DNA of 64,000 nucleotides from Podarcis filfolensis (Eukaryota). The notes below the pieces were generated by a model. It was given only the letters and a program-made list of their open reading frames with translations, ran no database searches and had not been told where the DNA came from. Location of the stretch: NCBI GenBank assembly GCA_964270895.1, contig OZ185442.1; one strand, 5' to 3'. Both the position numbers and the translations under genes were made by a program. Every line of letters begins with the position of its first letter. The first letter of the stretch is position 1. Shown here in pieces: positions 58,913-64,000 of the stretch.

Positions 58913-58972
58913 GGTGGTGGTGGTGGTGGTGGTGGTGGTGGTTGTTGTTGTTGCTGCTGCTGCTGCAACAAC
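58913..58972. repeat. Compound trinucleotide repeat (GGT)10(TGT)3(TGC)5(AAC)2
   Basis: Direct read. Confidence 0.95.
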
Positions 58973-60534
58973 AGACTGCTCTTTTGTTATTATGTACAAG
59001 ACTCCTCAATATGGAAGATTATGCCTGAGGATAAAGACTCTAAACACCTCATTGTCCAAGCCATGATTCAATTCCATATTGTGTCTGCTTGGTGAAAACT
59101 GGGTTTCTGTATAAGAAGTTCCAGTTTAAGAAAATACATGTTACACACAACCTTAACTATTTCTTCTCTGCTAGGACAACAAAGGGTTCTCAAACACTAC
59201 GACAAAGCAAAATCAACACTTGCTTATCCTCAGCCCAGAAGACAGCAGACACGCATGCCTAGGGTAGGCTTAAATTGCCAAAGAAAAGACTTCTGTAAAG
59301 CGTAAGAGCGTCAGGGTTGCTGGGCCACAGCACTGTGTTCTATAACAAGGAGTCAACACAAGGCAAATAAAACCACTGCTTTAGATTTAAATCACAAAGA
59401 TATAAAACCAAACTTCTAATTTTCTAATTCATAGTTTTACTGATACACTATGCATGGTAATTGGGTGCTGTAACAACAAAAACAGATACAATTTCAATCT
59501 GACTTTTATAACTGAAAGAATATTTGTGGGCAGGAGAATCTGCTTTGATTTAATGCCATGGACAGATCACTATATGCTTAGGTTGGGACTCGCAAAGTTG
59601 GAAACCTCTGCAGAAAACTCTCAAACCTCTGCAGAAGAGGGGGAACAATCAACATATTTCATCCCCAAAAGTTTATGGATCCTGGTGTATTCCAGATGTC
59701 TTATAGAGGATTTTCCATTGACATGTCCAGCAGTCCAGAACAGTAAAAAAGAAAAAAAACATGCAGAAGAATATGCTCTACCAATTTCAAATCCTTCATA
59801 AGATTACAGATGATGAAGAATGCAAGGGAATATTGGCTGCATCTATTCTAAGAATCCAAGCTGCACCATTTTTTTTATAATGGGGAAAGGAGGAAACAAA
59901 ACAAAAACAAAAAAAGAGGTGGAAAAGCACAATTTCCAAACCCACCCAGCCAAGTGTACTATGGTAAAAGCAATTTTCTCTGTGTGTGAACCATTAGGAG
60001 CTGCTGAGACCTCTCCTGGGCACTGGCATCACCTGAACATGCCTAGGGAAGATGGGTGTAGGAGATGCTCTCAGGATGAACAGCTTCCCACACACGTGTT
60101 ATGAAAAGCCACCTGCCAGTGCAGTTTGAACCCCCTCCTTGATCAAGCTATACAAAAACATTCCTGCCTTGGGTCTGCAGACATGACAGAAAACAGCATG
60201 CAGAATGAATGCTCTGCCAACAAGACAAAGAGACATTTTCTTTTCCTGTACATTAGCCAAAATAAATGGGAGCTGTACAAGCGTAGTGTTATGCACTCAT
60301 AAAGTTCCTATGAGGCATTGGCTTGGGCTGGATCCCAACTTGTTTGAGCAGAACCCCCCACCTCCAGCCAACATTATCTGAGCCACATGAACTGGGTCTA
60401 AAATAAGATCTCGAAGTCAAAACACTTTGGATCCTACATCACCTGAACCAGGCACTTAATGGATTGGTTTCTCCAGTAACAGCTGGGCAGAGCAAGTCTC
60501 AACTCCTGCCATCCAATGTTCTATGCTGCTAGCA

Positions 60535-60754
60535 CAGGGTGGTCCAATGTGTGGCCCTCAAGGCTTTTTTTTGTGGCCCTCAGCAACATTTGGTACACCC
60601 CCACTCCAAAGCAGGGTTGAGGACTCTGACAGGGTCCTAGGGTCTTCCATCCTCCTTACCAAGCATAGTTAGTGCTTTCCCAGCCCCCACACAACAAAGC
60701 AGTGTGTCAAAGTACTCTTGCAGCCCACTTGGTATGAAAAGTTGGACTGCCCTG
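60535..60754. mobile_element. Non-autonomous hAT element (220 bp)
   Basis: TIR cagggtggtccaa / cagggcagtccaa; TSD tgctagca/cgctagaa (6/8). Confidence 0.78.
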
Positions 60755-63700
60755 CGCTAGAACAAAGGCTGAGGCAGTTAGGAAAGATGTAATTGCCCAT
60801 TTGAGAGTTATTCTAGCCTGATATTCTGATCCATTTAGGTCTGGTAAGAAGAAGAGGGTGAAATTACGTATTTGCATATATTTTTCTTTATTGCAAGTCG
60901 CTTGGAGACAGTTGGGTGACAAGTGACTAATAAGTTTAATAAACTAATTAATATAAAAATCAGTAGTTCCATGCAGGCTACCAAGTAAAAAAGCAAGTCA
61001 TTGTTGGCATAAACCATTGCCAAAAGTCCAGTCCTCCAACCGTTCTCTCTTGATTTTCCAAGCAGCCACATCCCATTCCTATCTCCAAACAGACCACAAC
61101 AGAAGATCCTACTCTGGTGCTGCTGTAATATACTGCCCAGAAAAAAATGCTTTTAATTCTGTCTGAGGACTCATGACTCCAGCAGCCTCAATGCCTGGGC
61201 CTTATGAAAAACCCCAGAACTATCAGGATCAAAATCATTAGATGCAGCAACAACTATAGTCAATATCCCGCACACAAGCTTTCTGATACCCACTTCGTTA
61301 AGGGCACTAACATACTCTTTTATGAATAATTAATGCTTGAATTAGCTCCCTCCATGTACCCTTCCCAGCCATTGACTTTTGTATTGTGTCTGTTAGACTA
61401 TAAACCCACTAGGACTTTAAAAAACAACAACTTTGTAGAGCATCTATAAAATTTTTGCACACATTCAAAACTCCAAATTTCTCCCTTTAGCAGAATGCTC
61501 TCACAATACCGCATGTAGTGCTAACATCCTATCCTCATGTTATGGACAGCAAGAGCTTTGCTTTCAGGGTGGAGAAATATTCGTGCTCTCTTGTTAACAA
61601 GCTGCACAGCACCCCTGGAGAAAGAGAATACTCACTTTTGCTGCAGGAAAAAAGGGTAGCTTTATTGTTTGGAACTCTGAAAAATGCATAGCATGTATGA
61701 GCACTCTGGTAATTGAAAAGTGCAATGGAATGGCACTCAGTCTCTATACAGAGATTTTTTAAAAATCCGAACATAAAGATGCAAATAAAAATGGATGTCG
61801 ACTCTCCACCATTAAGTTTCTTCTGAGTTCTTTCAACCATATTTTGTATATAAAACCATATACAGGGGCCACAATGTTCAATTTTTCTGGAACTTCACAA
61901 AAATTTGAATGAGGAGAGTAATAGAGACAAGCTTCCTTGTCTGACACCATGAATATATGTGTAAAAAAATGACAAATTTCATTTGCAAAAATTGAATTTT
62001 TTGAGCAGCTTAGGTGAGGTGAACACATTAGCTTACTAGGACTTGCATTCCACTCATTTAGAAGGCTGAGTAACATTCTGAACAGAGCACAAGACTCTCT
62101 CAAAGCACTCCATTATACTCTCAGTTGTGGGGAATGCCAGTCATAACTCATTTGGAGAAAATTTCAAGAGCCTGGCAACACAAGTTGAAGTTGGAAAATG
62201 TCTTGGAAGGCCTTGGTTTTTCATACTATTCTGGCCTGTTTCTCCACATAATAAAAGAATCCACACACTCAAAACACACATCGGAAGAAAGCTTCCCGTG
62301 AGAATCAGCATGGCTTAAAAAAGGGAACGTGAGAAAAGCTTCATGCAAGGTCTAAAAATCACCAGCTTACTAAATTATAGCCAAAGAGTGACTTAGCTGA
62401 TGTACAAAAAATTCTTTAAGATTTCAGTAATATTCCAAATCTAGAAGAGAGCAGGCTTTTCTGCCAGTTTCAACAGTGTGGCATTATGAATGAGATTTAA
62501 AGGCAGGGAGAAAGAGTGGGAAGGCAAAATAATGCTACTTGTGTCTGCGTCCCTCAACAGATTGCAATCATAGTTGAATCAAACTTCAAGTAGTCAGCAG
62601 CCAGGACTCAAGAACATTCTGAACTCATATCAAGAACACACATTCATCAAGCGCCACTTGACAGCCATCAGGCTTCCCCATTTATAGTCCCTGGTCCTAA
62701 TCCCCCTAATCACACACCTTAACTGGTTTCTTCTATGTGAACTGGAAACACAAGCAGAGGGCTTATGCACTGAAGCTGCTCATAACTAATCATGTTATAT
62801 TAACTGTTTGACTGTACTAGTGCAGAGCAGGAACTAAATATTGAACAAAGACTCCCTGTACACTCTTAACTAGCATGTGAGGGAAAAGGCAAGGGAACTA
62901 AATACCTCTGCCTTACATGTTAGTTTTGTATGTGTACTAGCTTTGAGGGGGCTTGTTTCATAGAATTATAGAGTTGGAAGGGACCACAAGGGTCATCTGG
63001 TCAACTCTCTGCAAAGCAGGATTGTTTTTGCCCAGCATGGGCCTTGAACCCACAACTCTATGAGTCTCGTTTTTGTGCGTGTAAATGTTTTGTGTTTTTT
63101 TTTAATGTGGGGGAGCATTCAGTCCTGACCCTACAATCTGATGTTGTATATAGTCCAGAAACTGATACATCACAAGACATTGCTGGTCATGTGCTTTGCT
63201 ACTGAAAGCAAAGCAGCTGAAGTGCATAAGAATGGGGGGGGGGGGCAGCTCTGCCAAAAACTCTTCACTAGGCAGGGCATGGGAAAGAGATACCTGCCCA
63301 TGTTTCAACAGTTGTATGCAAAATAAGGAGAAAACTCTGCCCAAGTCAAACTCAGAGAGGAAAAAAAGGGCGTAGCATCCTTTGCCTGCATCTCTGACTG
63401 TGCAGCAAGTGTTAGTGTGCAGAGACAATGTTGTCAACCCTTCAGCTGTTGCCCAATTCAAAAATACAGCTCCTTTCTAAAATTAGTTGCCAACCAAGTA
63501 AGACACTGAGCTTTGGGGTTTCAATTACACTGATGCACTTTAAACAAGGCTGCATCTATTCTGCATTTCCCCACTCTTCCAAATTCTGCACCAAAACAAT
63601 CCAAATTCTACAATCATATTCAAATTAGTGTGCTCACATGATACAGACGTTTATAATTTTTCCAACAACAACAAAAAAATAATGGTACAGGCTAAGAGAA

Positions 63701-64000
63701 TGGTTAACGAAAAAAGGTTTGATTAGGAAGGATAAGAGGGTCTCAAATTAGCAGCCATTACTGGACAAAGGAATGAAGTCCCATCCACTTTATGGCTATG
63801 AAACTCAGTTCATTCTGGCTTCTGGTTTTTCTTTTGCATCAGACTCTGCCAGGCCTCCTTAAGCCTGTCTGCAACCATAAAGGCTAGTCACCTGCTTTGT
63901 AAGTAGCAGATACCAAGATTTCACACTTGCTCAGCACTTTAAATTGTGGAAACCACAAGACATCATAACTAGTGACTTGAGTGAAAGGAAACAAGGAAAA

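Noticed and set aside
58803-59095. Poly-His / poly-Gly-Cys ORFs
   Set aside because: Translations of the compound trinucleotide repeat.
1-64000. Prokaryotic-type systems (CRISPR array, defence island, operon, prophage) or a viral insert
   Set aside because: No regularly spaced repeats and no gene-dense region; the sequence is intron-rich vertebrate DNA.
59000-64000. Additional coding exons or the GARRE1 promoter
   Set aside because: No CpG island or recognisable peptide; looks like ordinary GARRE1 intron 1.

Overview
Vertebrate genomic DNA from a squamate, probably a lacertid lizard (Sauria SINE, Bov-B tail, squamate L2/CR1 and MITE families). It is not prokaryotic: no CRISPR array, operon, rRNA or tRNA gene was found, and most ORF-track entries are spurious or intron-flanked exon pieces. 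I reconstructed four spliced genes by hand. (1) The probable 3' end of KIFC3 (+, 576-1671). (2) Complete KATNB1 (-, 19 coding exons, 20062 to 4917, 657 aa). (3) SS18L2 (+, 3 exons, 22995-25098, 79 aa), head-to-head with KATNB1 across a CpG island. (4) The complete GARRE1/KIAA0355 CDS (-, 13 coding exons, 54102 to 31549, 1063 aa), whose promoter probably lies beyond the window. All exon phases close without stops. The best observations concern splicing and translation control (three GC-AG introns, a frame-disrupting competing donor, a NAGNAG acceptor, a candidate cassette exon, uORFs), the gene neighbourhood, and many small DNA transposons with readable TIRs and target-site duplications (TSDs). 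I found no evidence for a wholly new biological system. Gene identities rest on recalled vertebrate orthologue sequences, not on a database search.
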